A stretch of DNA of 41,306 nucleotides, from the IMG/VR virus record IMGVR_UViG_3300032300_000179, positions 1 to 41,306 of that record. One strand, 5' to 3'. This DNA is from a virus (taxonomy: Duplodnaviria; Caudoviricetes). The notes below the pieces were generated by a model. It was not told the origin of the DNA and did not search any database. It was given only the letters and a program-made list of their open reading frames with translations. The translations under genes were made by a program, and so were the position numbers. How positions within the stretch are numbered: position 1 is the stretch's first letter; every line of letters begins with the position of its first letter. Shown piece after piece: positions 1 to 8,805 of the stretch.

Positions 1-123
1 AAGAATTAGATTCTTAATGAGGCGGCTGATTGTCTCTGTTTCGGCTGCGCCTAGGGCTGGGGATACTGCTTGCCATGTCTCGTAGTCATTGTGGACACGC
101 ACAGTGCCAGCCTTTGGTGCATA
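1..123. repeat. 123-bp direct repeat of the window end (circular assembly overlap)
   Basis: 1-123 is identical to 41184-41306, and the portal ORF reads in frame across the junction. Confidence 0.95.
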
Positions 124-900
124 AGAGTGCATTTTCGCCCATTCGCTCACTTGGTCAGCGTCGGCGCTCTTCAATGTTACATCCCAAATGAATGAGTTCA
201 TGAGCGAAGCGCGATCCAGTGCGTTAAACATTACTTGGTCGTAGCCGTCAATCCAGTCGGCAAGAGCCAATGAGTCTGGCGTGCCACGAGTTGCACCCAC
301 TGGGCGATTGATGAAGTAAGCAAAAACCTCACCCTCAAACTCTAAGCCAGCCTTTGTTGCGCGTGACTGAATAATCGGGATCTCCTCAACCCCACCAGCC
401 ATGCGCTTGCTAAAGAGTTCAATGGTCTGGTCAACAAATGCGTTCTCTGGGTCTTTTACCACGCCACGCACGCGGTCTGGGTCAATGTAGCCAAGCATGA
501 CCTTGCCGTTCTCGTCGTAGGCTCGCAAAAAGAGTTCGCCATTGACTGCAAGATCCACCACAAGGTCGCGATGTCGCAGATTCATCTTCATGGTCGGATC
601 GTTCCAGAATTCGTTAATGATCTCCTGCACATCTTCGTCCACGGCATTGAAAGTAAGCCCATCGCCCACCACGAAGTCGGCTGTCATTTCCACCAATCGG
701 CGTGCAAGTGGGTTCTGACGATGCAGGTAGCGTGCCACCGTGCGGGCGCGTTCCTGAGTAACTGGGCTAAGGTCTCGTGTTTCGCCAGTTAGTCGTCGGT
801 ACAGGTGGTCGTCTGTGTCAATGAGTCCAAGGATCGGCTCAGATACGCCCTCACGCAGAACCTTGATTGCCTTGCCTACGCGCTGCCTGAAACTTGCCAT
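1..900 (-). CDS. portal protein, N-terminal 300 codons (continues 41183->40599; about 494 aa in total)
   Basis: Not in the ORF track. ATG at 900 after AGGAG RBS; reads MASFRQRVGKAIKVLREG...ARYLHRQNPLARRLVEMTADFVVGDG; lies between terL and MuF; in frame with the 40599..41285 ORF. Confidence 0.85.
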   Translation of the reverse strand, partial: MASFRQRVGKAIKVLREGVSEPILGLIDTDDHLYRRLTGETRDLSPVTQERARTVARYLHRQNPLARRLVEMTADFVVGDGLTFNAVDEDVQEIINEFWNDPTMKMNLRHRDLVVDLAVNGELFLRAYDENGKVMLGYIDPDRVRGVVKDPENAFVDQTIELFSKRMAGGVEEIPIIQSRATKAGLEFEGEVFAYFINRPVGATRGTPDSLALADWIDGYDQVMFNALDRASLMNSFIWDVTLKSADADQVSEWAKMHSYAPKAGTVRVHNDYETWQAVSPALGAAETETISRLIKNLIL

Positions 901-907
901 CTTTCTC

Positions 908-2380
908 CTAACCACGCGCCAATAGGCGCGGTCTCTGATTCTCGTGGGTAGATCCTACCCTGTGTGAGCCTACTGTGGAAGGAACTGAAGCGGAACCAGC
1001 CACATACAAGCGAGCCAATTCGTTGACTGCGCCAGAAATCGCGTCTACTTGGTCGTCATGTGCGCCCTTTGGGAAAGAGTAGCACTCCGAAACCAAGGGG
1101 CTATTCCACAAACCACGCACAAGGTAGACATTGCCCTTGTTCGCTTGGGCTGCAAAAGCACGCGCTCGCACATCCTTAGCCCCTGTCACCCTAGCCCCCT
1201 TGAAATCGTACCCATAGAGAACCTTGCGTGCGTAGTGGTCAATTGCCATTACTCCTGATGCTCCGCCTTCCTGCTCCATGCGGATCGCTGTGCCACGCGG
1301 GTCTTCTGCGGCGCACTTGGCGATCAATGACTCAACCTTGTCTGGGCGCTCCCGTACTCGCTGCATGTCAGCAATCACCGTGAGACCCGTTTTCATGCTC
1401 CTGCCCACAAGCGCCCCTGCTGTGTAGTCGGGGTCTTTGCCCAGTTTTGCCTCTGTAGCAGCCAGATCCCAGTACCGTACCCAGCGATACTCCTCCCAAT
1501 CAAGGTCGTCTACATACTTGGTCAAGGATTCTGGGTTGAAGAAGTCGCCACTTGGCACGATTGTCCACGAACCATCCACCAACTGCGCCCGCATCACATC
1601 GTCCAATTCGTTCAGTGTGCGCATGTATTCGTCTTGATCTAGGTGTGGGTTGTCAGTAAGTTTGGCGGGAACAAACAAACGAGCCTCGCCAGTCTTATCG
1701 CGTGGAACAATCAACTTGCCAGTACGCTCGTCAACCTTTGGAATGAAGCGATTGTATACCCAATCATGCCCAAGACCCCCAGGATTTGACGCGGCACGCA
1801 TTCTTGGTGTAGCAGCAAAACTTTTAAGTCTGCGCAAACGGCTTGTAACGAACATGTACTGTGTTTCGCTGAACTGGGTCAACTCATCAAAGCCGATGTA
1901 TTGAAACGCTGCACCCTGATAGCGGTATTTGTCGTTTTCGTTCTCAAGGTGACCGAAGACCAATGTTGCGCCATTTGCCCAACGAAACTCTCTGCGCTCG
2001 CCGTTCCATTGCACGCCTTCTGCATTAGAAAGCCAACGCCTAGCACGATCCATGACTGCATCTGGCAGCGAAAGGTCTTTGTAGGTTCGGCGCAGCAGCA
2101 GGGCGCTGTAGTTCGGAATGTGGATGTGCTGAAGCGCAGCCATCAACAAAGCGTCGGATTTCCCACCACCAGCAGCCCCGCCGTACAGAGCCTCTCTGTT
2201 GCCTAGGCTAAGAAAGACCGCCTGTGGCACTTCTGGCTTGTGCGGCACACAATCAGGTAGTTTCGGGTTCAGTATCTCCAACAGAGAGGATCGTGCTGTC
2301 TGGTCTAGCGACGATACCCAATTGCTCCAGTAGTCCAAGGGCGGCTGAGAGTCTTCGCTGCTCTTCTTCTGGGTCTCCAA
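908..2380 (-). CDS. terL: terminase large subunit
   Basis: Walker A YGGAAGGGKS, Walker B IGFDE, ASNPGG, nuclease motifs WDLA and HDDQVDA. Confidence 0.97.
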   Translation of the reverse strand: METQKKSSEDSQPPLDYWSNWVSSLDQTARSSLLEILNPKLPDCVPHKPEVPQAVFLSLGNREALYGGAAGGGKSDALLMAALQHIHIPNYSALLLRRTYKDLSLPDAVMDRARRWLSNAEGVQWNGERREFRWANGATLVFGHLENENDKYRYQGAAFQYIGFDELTQFSETQYMFVTSRLRRLKSFAATPRMRAASNPGGLGHDWVYNRFIPKVDERTGKLIVPRDKTGEARLFVPAKLTDNPHLDQDEYMRTLNELDDVMRAQLVDGSWTIVPSGDFFNPESLTKYVDDLDWEEYRWVRYWDLAATEAKLGKDPDYTAGALVGRSMKTGLTVIADMQRVRERPDKVESLIAKCAAEDPRGTAIRMEQEGGASGVMAIDHYARKVLYGYDFKGARVTGAKDVRARAFAAQANKGNVYLVRGLWNSPLVSECYSFPKGAHDDQVDAISGAVNELARLYVAGSASVPSTVGSHRVGSTHENQRPRLLARG

Positions 2381-2750
2381 CAGTTTTCACCTCAATAGCC
2401 TTGCCATCTACGCCTGAGAACTCAATGCCCTCACGCTTGCGCCACTCATTCGGGAATCTACGCTCTAGAATCCAAGCGGCTGCCTGCCATGATCGCTCAT
2501 TCTCTGCTGCTGTGGCAACCCTAGACAGGAACCTCATTTCCGCAAACGCTTCTGCTTTTTCTATAGCGTCGGAAAATGCGGGATCTAGCCTCATCCACTC
2601 GTTCAATGTATCCCTATGAATTCCAGCCAATGCAGCAGATCTTTGGCGTGAAGCCCCAGCACGAAGCGACTGCAACAGAGCCTCTACGCGCTGTTCAGTC
2701 TTCTTGGTCGGTCTCCCCGCTTCTGAAGGAACAATGATCTCATCGCTCAT
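2253..2750 (-). CDS. terS: terminase small subunit
   Basis: GRPTK followed by an HTH (AALAGIHRDTLNEW), WQAAAWILERRFPNEW; directly upstream of terL, overlapping it by 128 nt. Confidence 0.85.
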   Translation of the reverse strand: MSDEIIVPSEAGRPTKKTEQRVEALLQSLRAGASRQRSAALAGIHRDTLNEWMRLDPAFSDAIEKAEAFAEMRFLSRVATAAENERSWQAAAWILERRFPNEWRKREGIEFSGVDGKAIEVKTVGDPEEEQRRLSAALGLLEQLGIVARPDSTILSVGDTEPETT

Positions 2751-2873
2751 ATCACCACTCTACACCCTAAACCTGAGTTTTGTTACAAATATGACCCCGT
2801 ATGCGCAACGGAGACAAGCGTTTGTAGCATTGACAATACCTAGACACCAGCCCGCGCAGCGCAAATCAGTTTT

Positions 2874-3056
2874 TTATTTTTGGCGAACTTCCTTGCGGTA
2901 GAAGGCAAGCGTCTGCCCATCCACAAACCAGTCTCGCCCGTGCTTCTTGCCCTTGATGCGCCCCTTGTGCAGTTGCACCCGAAGCGTGATTGGGCTGATG
3001 CCAAGCAACTCTGCTGCCTGACGGAGCGTGTATTCCTTAGTGCTGCTGTCTTTCAA
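2874..3056 (-). CDS. small HTH DNA-binding protein (excisionase/HTH_17-like)
   Basis: YTLRQAAELLGISPITLR...GRIKGKKHGRDWFV. Confidence 0.85.
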   Translation of the reverse strand: MKDSSTKEYTLRQAAELLGISPITLRVQLHKGRIKGKKHGRDWFVDGQTLAFYRKEVRQK

Positions 3057-3754
3057 TTGACTAGTCCTTTCTCACCTGTGCCTGTTGGAGCATCCTCGCC
3101 CCTTTTCTTTTTGTGTAACTCTGTGATCTTTGAGAGCGTCCGCATGATTTTGGTGGCAGTCTCTTCCGATACGCCCTTGGTGATCATGCCGTTTGCCAGA
3201 TCCTCCTCAAAAGTTGGCGAGATATACGCCTCAAGGAACATCTGGTCAAACTCTTCATCCCCGATATAGCGGCTGCCAACCAGTGAGAGCAGCGAAGCAA
3301 TGGCAATGTCGGTGCGGCGTTCGGAGAGCGCATACGGATTATTGTCTTCTGCGCCGTCTACGCCCATGACTACCACGCGACCAGCGACTGGGGCGACCGT
3401 GATCGGGTTGATATTTTGCTGTACGCCAACGGCTGCCCTGCGAATGATGGTTGCGAAGGAATTCAGGTGCGAAGCGGTTTTCTTGCCTGCCGCAATCTTG
3501 CCGTGGTCTGGCGCATCCTGATCAATCCAGAAGCCAACAGAAAACGAGCCAGTTTTGTCGTCGTCTAGCACCATGGAGCCAATTGCTTCTGCCTTAAGCA
3601 CGCGGGGATAGCGCGTGTCGGTTTCGGCAAGCAACTCACAAATCTGGGCATCAAGATCGTCGTCGTTCAGTTCGTGGCGCTCAAAGTCAAAGGAACTAAC
3701 CTCTGAAAAGGTCATCACTGGCTTAATGACAACGGCGTAATATTTCTTGCTCAC
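3053..3754 (-). CDS. hypothetical protein
   Basis: Long ORF; start moved to the GTG at 3754 (GTGA overlap with the upstream stop, GGAGG RBS). Confidence 0.7.
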   Translation of the reverse strand: MSKKYYAVVIKPVMTFSEVSSFDFERHELNDDDLDAQICELLAETDTRYPRVLKAEAIGSMVLDDDKTGSFSVGFWIDQDAPDHGKIAAGKKTASHLNSFATIIRRAAVGVQQNINPITVAPVAGRVVVMGVDGAEDNNPYALSERRTDIAIASLLSLVGSRYIGDEEFDQMFLEAYISPTFEEDLANGMITKGVSEETATKIMRTLSKITELHKKKRGEDAPTGTGEKGLVN

Positions 3755-3900
3755 TGTGCGCCCTCCACTGATCCCAACAAAATCCACAAGTAGGCTGCAA
3801 GAATAATTGACAATACCGCTAGCGCGCTCTCCACAAATTCCCTCCTGTTATGCTTCCAATCGGATGCAATTTCCGATATAAACTCTCTGATCTCTCCCAT
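3751..3900 (-). CDS. small single-pass membrane protein (49 aa)
   Basis: ATG at 3900; hydrophobic stretch ALAVLSIILAAYLWILLG. Confidence 0.6.
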   Translation of the reverse strand: MGEIREFISEIASDWKHNRREFVESALAVLSIILAAYLWILLGSVEGAQ

Positions 3901-3901
3901 G

Positions 3902-4222
3902 TCAGCCCCACGCCTTCGGGTCAAGCACGAGATCGTTGATCTTTGCCGCAACATCAATGACTTGTAGGCAATAAATTCCGTCGTCGCCGCCAATCGCCAT
4001 GCCCCGCGTTGCCATTGGGATCTGGTCAACATAAACATCGCCAAATTCCCACGAGCCGTAGGTGTGTGGCGACTTTACGGCGCACATCCATCGTGCGTAC
4101 TCATTTTTCTTTTCTGCGTCGCGGCTCTGGTATCGTTTTAGCACGCGCCACTCCCAGTTACCAGCCCTGAATACTGCATACGGCTTTTCAACATCCCGCG
4201 TTTTGTTTTGTAGATTCTTCAC
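3902..4222 (-). CDS. hypothetical phage protein
   Basis: GTG at 4222 after AAGGAGG, GTGA overlap; WEWRVLKRYQ...YARWMCAVKSPHTYGSWEFGDVY. Confidence 0.75.
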   Translation of the reverse strand: MKNLQNKTRDVEKPYAVFRAGNWEWRVLKRYQSRDAEKKNEYARWMCAVKSPHTYGSWEFGDVYVDQIPMATRGMAIGGDDGIYCLQVIDVAAKINDLVLDPKAWG

Positions 4223-4422
4223 TGTGATTCCTCCTTGTTTGTGATTTGATTGAGGACTGCGTTCCAGTCTGTCGTTCCCGTCGTCGGGTCTTTTGGCGCG
4301 CTTCCGACACAAGTTGGGCAGATGATGAATGCCCCGCTGTTGTGCTTTCCGCACTTTTCGCAAATTGGTAACTCGCTGGTTTTGTTAAGTTCCTGAATCG
4401 CCAGATCCTTGAACACACCCAT
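4219..4422 (-). CDS. small zinc-ribbon protein
   Basis: ATG at 4422 after GAGGAGG; CEKC...CPTC. Confidence 0.7.
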   Translation of the reverse strand: MGVFKDLAIQELNKTSELPICEKCGKHNSGAFIICPTCVGSAPKDPTTGTTDWNAVLNQITNKEESQ

Positions 4423-4465
4423 CGGTTTTCCTCCTCTTGCGGAGACAGCCCCCGCTTCCACAACA

Positions 4466-4494
4466 ATCATAAACCCTAGCGTTCCTGCCGTCAA
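4466..4494 (-). promoter_or_regulatory. sigma70-type early promoter
   Basis: TTGACG-17-TATGAT; spacer contains AACGCTAGGGTT. Confidence 0.8.
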
Positions 4495-5339
4495 CCCCCT
4501 ATTTCCAGCCGTTCCGCCAAGAACGATGGCAGCCCTGCCGACACAATATCCTGCTGCGCCCCCAGAATGTCGTACTCAACACGATGAATCTGGCGTGTAA
4601 CAATGCCGTCTGGGTTGGCTTGAAGCGAAAGCCATGCGGCTCGCTTGTCGTGATCCCGTGGCTGCCCCGCGCTTCCTGCGTTCATCCACGCCCCTGCCGC
4701 TGGAACTTCCAGCATATTTGGCTTGAGCGAGACCGTTGTGTACGGTGAATACATCCAGCCAAGGCTAATCTTGTCCGCAATGTCGTCTTCGCTCATGCCC
4801 TCCGTTGGGATTGGAGCAATAACAGATTCGCGGCGATAGATTTCTGCGGCTTGATGCGTGTGACCGTATAGACCAAAGTCTGCGTCAAATTCTTCAAGCG
4901 CCTTGAATGCGTCACCCGCAACTTGCGATGACATGTACTCCCACATTGGCGCTCGCGGGCTGCCGTGAACGAGAAGCGCATGCTCGCTGCCGATTGCCAT
5001 GCGAGCCATTGGGCGCAAACGGTACAAAAACTCCCGCGTCTTTTCATTAATGTTGTCTTTCGTCCACAAAATTGCAGCGCGTGCGTCCTCGCTAAAGTTA
5101 AGCGCCCTGCCCCAAGTGTTCAGCGCCTCTTCATCGTGGTTGCCCAAGATTCCGCGAGCGTTGACCTTTTGCAGCATGTCGCAGACCTCATTTGGTCGTG
5201 CGCCGTAGCCGACAAGATCGCCTGTGTGCCAGATTTGCTCTGGATTGAACTTAGCAATGTCTTCCAACACCGCGTCTAGCCCCTGAATATTTGCGTGAAC
5301 ATCGCTGATCACTGCAACCTTATTGATTTGTTCAGTCAT
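4491..5339 (-). CDS. calcineurin-like metallophosphoesterase (YfcE/MJ0912-like)
   Basis: SDVHAN, GDLVGYG, GNHD, VHGSP, GHTH, NAGSAGQPRD. Confidence 0.92.
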   Translation of the reverse strand: MTEQINKVAVISDVHANIQGLDAVLEDIAKFNPEQIWHTGDLVGYGARPNEVCDMLQKVNARGILGNHDEEALNTWGRALNFSEDARAAILWTKDNINEKTREFLYRLRPMARMAIGSEHALLVHGSPRAPMWEYMSSQVAGDAFKALEEFDADFGLYGHTHQAAEIYRRESVIAPIPTEGMSEDDIADKISLGWMYSPYTTVSLKPNMLEVPAAGAWMNAGSAGQPRDHDKRAAWLSLQANPDGIVTRQIHRVEYDILGAQQDIVSAGLPSFLAERLEIGG

Positions 5340-5580
5340 TTAGTTCCTCCAATCGTTCCCAATTGATTTCTCCGTCGCGGCTAATTACTCCATCTACGAT
5401 CATCTGGCGAGCCGCTCGCCCGTATGATCCTTGCAGCCTCCAAACCGTTCCTGTCTTAATCAGGTAGGCAAACATCTGCACCGTCTCCTCTGTCGGCAAA
5501 TTTCCTGTCTCGTAGCGGATGATGGCATCTACCATGTCAATTCCGCCAGTCGTTGCTCCAATTTCAGTTGTCATATTCAC
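5332..5580 (-). CDS. hypothetical phage protein
   Basis: Coupled ORF; IIRYETG...LIKTGTVWRLQGSYGRAA. Confidence 0.75.
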   Translation of the reverse strand: MNMTTEIGATTGGIDMVDAIIRYETGNLPTEETVQMFAYLIKTGTVWRLQGSYGRAARQMIVDGVISRDGEINWERLEELND

Positions 5581-5780
5581 TTGTCCTCCGCATATCCATC
5601 AAACCATTCGCCGTATTTTGCAAATATGGCTTTTGCCTTCTTGGTTTTGCATGTGCTGCTGCTAGTTTCTGGGTCTCTGCACCAAGCCTGAGCCTCCTCT
5701 AGCGTCAGTCCGCGCTTGATGATTTTGTCTGGATACCCCTCAAAAAACATTCGCACAATTTTGTACTTCTGCTCCGCCAT
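5577..5780 (-). CDS. hypothetical phage protein
   Basis: GGAGG RBS; YKIVR...GLTLEEAQAWCRDPETSS...WFDGY. Confidence 0.75.
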   Translation of the reverse strand: MAEQKYKIVRMFFEGYPDKIIKRGLTLEEAQAWCRDPETSSSTCKTKKAKAIFAKYGEWFDGYAEDK

Positions 5781-5782
5781 GA

Positions 5783-6022
5783 TTACTTCACCTCCTGCTT
5801 GAAGACAATGTTGCCCGCAAGGATTTCCCAGTCAATCTTGCCTGCGCCCAGCAGAATTGACTTTGGATCAATGTTGTAACTGTGAGCCACAAACTGAGCC
5901 ATGCCTTCGTCTTGCCCGCAACTGCTGCACACCTTGCTGGTGTTGTCGTAGCGGGAAAGCGCACCCTTGGTTGCGTCAAACGGATTGCTGCACCCGTTGC
6001 ACTCCTGAATTGCTGTTGTCAT
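5783..6022 (-). CDS. small zinc-ribbon protein
   Basis: AAGGAGG RBS; CNGC...ALSRYDN...CSSC. Confidence 0.75.
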   Translation of the reverse strand: MTTAIQECNGCSNPFDATKGALSRYDNTSKVCSSCGQDEGMAQFVAHSYNIDPKSILLGAGKIDWEILAGNIVFKQEVK

Positions 6023-6069
6023 GTTTCCTCCTTTATCCTGCTGGGTTTCCTCTCCCAGTCGCTAATGCG

Positions 6070-6098
6070 AGTATAAACGATAGCGTTTCCCGTGTCAA
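6070..6098 (-). promoter_or_regulatory. sigma70-type early promoter
   Basis: TTGACA-17-TATACT; spacer contains AACGCTATCGTT. Confidence 0.85.
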
Positions 6099-6316
6099 AC
6101 CCATCCTTCGGGGCTGGCAGCGTGGGCGTAGTCCGTGACTAGGCTGTCAATCTGCTTCAGCGCCTCTGGCGAGAGCAGCGCCTTGCAGTCAAGGCACGCA
6201 CAATTCCATGCGTTGTAACACTGCTCGCAGAGCCGCCCGATCTTTTGCTGCATTGTCTCCGCCCCGTCTGTGCCGCATGCGTCGCAGGGGATTGAGAACA
6301 TTCTTTCCTCAGCCAT
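6095..6316 (-). CDS. small Cys-rich protein
   Basis: Three CxxC motifs; overlaps the upstream gene by 8 nt. Confidence 0.6.
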   Translation of the reverse strand: MAEERMFSIPCDACGTDGAETMQQKIGRLCEQCYNAWNCACLDCKALLSPEALKQIDSLVTDYAHAASPEGWV

Positions 6317-6731
6317 AAATCAACTCCCCAAAGATCGCGTACTGGATGATGACTTCACCGCCAGTAGCGTCCATGTCAATCTCTCCGTCGCGTGCGTGAT
6401 ACAAGTGCGGGTGCTTGGCATATGCCAGCGCAAACCCGCGCTCAATATCAGCCTTGCGGATTGAGAACCAATCGTTGACCTCTCGTGTCGGCTCCCCGTT
6501 ATCTTCATCCTCCTTGACCTGCACATACACATAATCGTCAGGCAACTTTTTGAGTTTTTCTGCCTTGTACGATCCGTGCGGCGTGTCGTAAGACTTTTCT
6601 GGATCTGGCTCGTACCACTCCGTCCACTTGTAATTCTGGCACTCGCCCCAGTAATTGATTCCGCCTTCAATTGCGCAGTGCAAAATGTCGGCAATATCTT
6701 TTTGCTCTAGTTGTACCTGCAAAATCTTCAC
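6309..6731 (-). CDS. hypothetical phage protein
   Basis: GTGA overlap with GGAGG RBS; AIEGGINYWG...DATGGEVIIQYAIFGELIYG. Confidence 0.8.
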   Translation of the reverse strand: MKILQVQLEQKDIADILHCAIEGGINYWGECQNYKWTEWYEPDPEKSYDTPHGSYKAEKLKKLPDDYVYVQVKEDEDNGEPTREVNDWFSIRKADIERGFALAYAKHPHLYHARDGEIDMDATGGEVIIQYAIFGELIYG

Positions 6732-7342
6732 TTTGCTTCCTCCTTAATCTTTACATCCATTCCGCCAAGCGGATGGGTTTTTACTGGAGCCGTACCTGCG
6801 TACTGCTCATAAAATGCGTGCCAGACTTCCTCGTCTGACTTTCGCACCCAGATGCTGCACCCTGCGGCAAACACATTGCTGGTTGGATCTGCGACAAGCG
6901 CCACCTCAAAGGGGAGCGTTTCATTCTTGTGCATTTCCTGCAACTCTCCGCCAAGGCTGACGATTTGCGTCTGCTCTCCCCAGAGGAAGAGACCGTCAGC
7001 AGCCTCAAACCACTCGTCGCCAAGGGTTGTCACTGCGTGACCGCGCCATCCATCAGTCTGAATCCACTTGCGGGTAATCCCAGCGATCTCTTCCTTTTTG
7101 AGATCCTCGTAATACTCGCCATCCAGAATCCAATTGGCTGACACCTTTACTGCCGCTGGTTTCTCGCCATTGCGGAAATAGGTGATCGTGCTGGAGTGTT
7201 CAATGTCGGACTCAAAGCAGCGCCAGCAGAATTCGCCATTGGCGATGTCTGACCAGCGACCCCCATCCCCGTCATTGTCAATCTCTGATTCGCAACCCAC
7301 GCATTTCGTGATTGGCGAATCTACCGTTCCTACTTCTTCCAT
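6728..7342 (-). CDS. hypothetical protein with N-terminal zinc ribbon
   Basis: GAGGAGGAG RBS; CVGC...CWRC. Confidence 0.8.
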   Translation of the reverse strand: MEEVGTVDSPITKCVGCESEIDNDGDGGRWSDIANGEFCWRCFESDIEHSSTITYFRNGEKPAAVKVSANWILDGEYYEDLKKEEIAGITRKWIQTDGWRGHAVTTLGDEWFEAADGLFLWGEQTQIVSLGGELQEMHKNETLPFEVALVADPTSNVFAAGCSIWVRKSDEEVWHAFYEQYAGTAPVKTHPLGGMDVKIKEEAK

Positions 7343-7383
7343 GTTTGCTCCTCCTCTATACGGTTCCTCAACCGATTGATTGC

Positions 7384-7412
7384 ATCTTAAACTCTAGCGT
7401 TGCGGATGTCAA
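7384..7412 (-). promoter_or_regulatory. sigma70-type early promoter
   Basis: TTGACA-17-TAAGAT; spacer contains AACGCTAGAGTT. Confidence 0.8.
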
Positions 7413-7801
7413 TAGTCGTCGTCATCCCCATTGAAGAGCCGACTTGCCGCAGTGTAGTCACCGACTGCTTCAAGATCCTTAATGGTCTGAAGTTTGTGAG
7501 CGATCAGTTCCTGCTCGCCGATTCGGTTCAGCGCCGTGGCGTACTGATAGCCTTGCGGAAACTTCTCCAGCACCTTGTTAACTGCTGCCCAGCGAGCAGC
7601 GCCCGCCTTGCATGAGCCGCAGGGGTATCCCTCGCCGCACGCTTCGTGGTGCATGCAGTCATATGGGAAGCAGCATTCCTGCCGATCTTGCTGACTCTGG
7701 ACATGATCCATAAGTATGTCCGCTTCGGCTTCCGTGAGTTGCTTCCAGTTCTCAGTGAGTTCTGGGGTCTTGACGATTTCTCGTGCTTCGCTTGTCTGCA
7801 T
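7409..7801 (-). CDS. hypothetical Cys/His-rich protein
   Basis: GGAGG RBS; CCFPYDCMHHEAC...CGSC. Confidence 0.75.
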   Translation of the reverse strand: MQTSEAREIVKTPELTENWKQLTEAEADILMDHVQSQQDRQECCFPYDCMHHEACGEGYPCGSCKAGAARWAAVNKVLEKFPQGYQYATALNRIGEQELIAHKLQTIKDLEAVGDYTAASRLFNGDDDDY

Positions 7802-7811
7802 GATTCCTCCC

Positions 7812-7958
7812 TTATCCTTTGATTGTTGGTTCGTCGCTTAGTTTTGCCGTCATCAGCCAGCGATATGCGCACACTGCATATTCCCTGTCGGTGATCAGCC
7901 CTTGAATCCACTGGGCGTGCAACTTGTTCAATCCCTGAACTAGTTGTTCCATCGTCAT
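7812..7958 (-). CDS. small hypothetical protein (48 aa)
   Basis: Below the ORF-track cutoff; GAGGAGG RBS, MTMEQLVQGLNKLHAQWIQGLITDREY...IKG*; first gene after a promoter cassette. Confidence 0.7.
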   Translation of the reverse strand: MTMEQLVQGLNKLHAQWIQGLITDREYAVCAYRWLMTAKLSDEPTIKG

Positions 7959-8002
7959 CTTGTTTCCTCCTCTGGGCAGGTTTCCTCTCCTGCTCTGCTA
8001 CA

Positions 8003-8031
8003 ACTATAAACCCCAGCGTTGGCTGTGTCAA
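8003..8031 (-). promoter_or_regulatory. sigma70-type early promoter
   Basis: TTGACA-17-TATAGT; spacer contains AACGCTGGGGTT. Confidence 0.85.
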
Positions 8032-8034
8032 GAC

Positions 8035-8805
8035 TTATTTTTCGGGAAGTGTTACATCCTCTTCCTGAACCTTGATCCTCATTCGGCGGGCGGCAGCCTT
8101 GGCTCCGTTGGGCTTGTACAGGATCTCATCCTCAATCAGCCCGATCTGCTCGCTTGTGTCTAGCCACCGTTTGCCCAGTTTGAATAGGATCTTGTAGAAA
8201 TCCTTGTCGTGGTTGCTATTCCAAGCCAGACCGTGGGCGATCTCGTGGAGCAGAATCCTGCGCCCAGCCCCGCCCTTGCTTGGAACTGAAATGTGGCGTT
8301 TTGCCCAGCAAACCCCGCCGTCTGCTTTACGGAACTTAATGCTGGTCGGGTGGTAGCCTGTCGTCCTGTAAATTCCTCTGACAACCTTACCGACCCATTC
8401 CAAATGCTCGCTGGCGACATGTCCGCCGACCCAAGTTGTTGCGTCGCCTTTGACAAGGAAAATGCTCTGTCGGTGCTGGTCGCAGACCCGCTTGCCGTAC
8501 CGAAGCCGCCCGCGAGCGGCGCGGGTGCAGCGCGCTTGAAGCAGTCTCCATTGGCAGCGGGGGGCAATTGGCATGAGTCGGATCTTAGCCGCTTGCCGCG
8601 CCCGTTGTCGGATAAGTTTGCGGAACTTTTTGAGTCGGTTGTTGTGGATAGCGCAGAGTGCCAGTTTTTGATCTGAGTAGTCTGGGTATCCATAAATGCT
8701 AACCGTCTGGGTGAACTTAACGGATCGCTTGCAGCCGTTCTCCCCGTTGTGCAAGAGCCAGAACTGCGGGAGGGGGTGCGCCCCTCCCTGACAGTGGGCG
8801 GTCAG
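8035..8805 (-). CDS. basic protein with Cys/His clusters and a SprT-like HExxH zincin domain
   Basis: ILLHEIAHGL...NHDKDFY; start uncertain (CTG at 8805 proposed). Confidence 0.7.
   Translation of the reverse strand: MTAHCQGGAHPLPQFWLLHNGENGCKRSVKFTQTVSIYGYPDYSDQKLALCAIHNNRLKKFRKLIRQRARQAAKIRLMPIAPRCQWRLLQARCTRAARGRLRYGKRVCDQHRQSIFLVKGDATTWVGGHVASEHLEWVGKVVRGIYRTTGYHPTSIKFRKADGGVCWAKRHISVPSKGGAGRRILLHEIAHGLAWNSNHDKDFYKILFKLGKRWLDTSEQIGLIEDEILYKPNGAKAAARRMRIKVQEEDVTLPEK

Noticed and set aside
2874-3056. Excisionase implying a temperate lifestyle
   Set aside because: No integrase is seen; HTH_17-like proteins are common stand-alone regulators
7528-8031. 167-aa minus-strand ORF
   Set aside because: It starts at the -35 TTG, runs through the promoter and hairpin, and overlaps two better-supported genes
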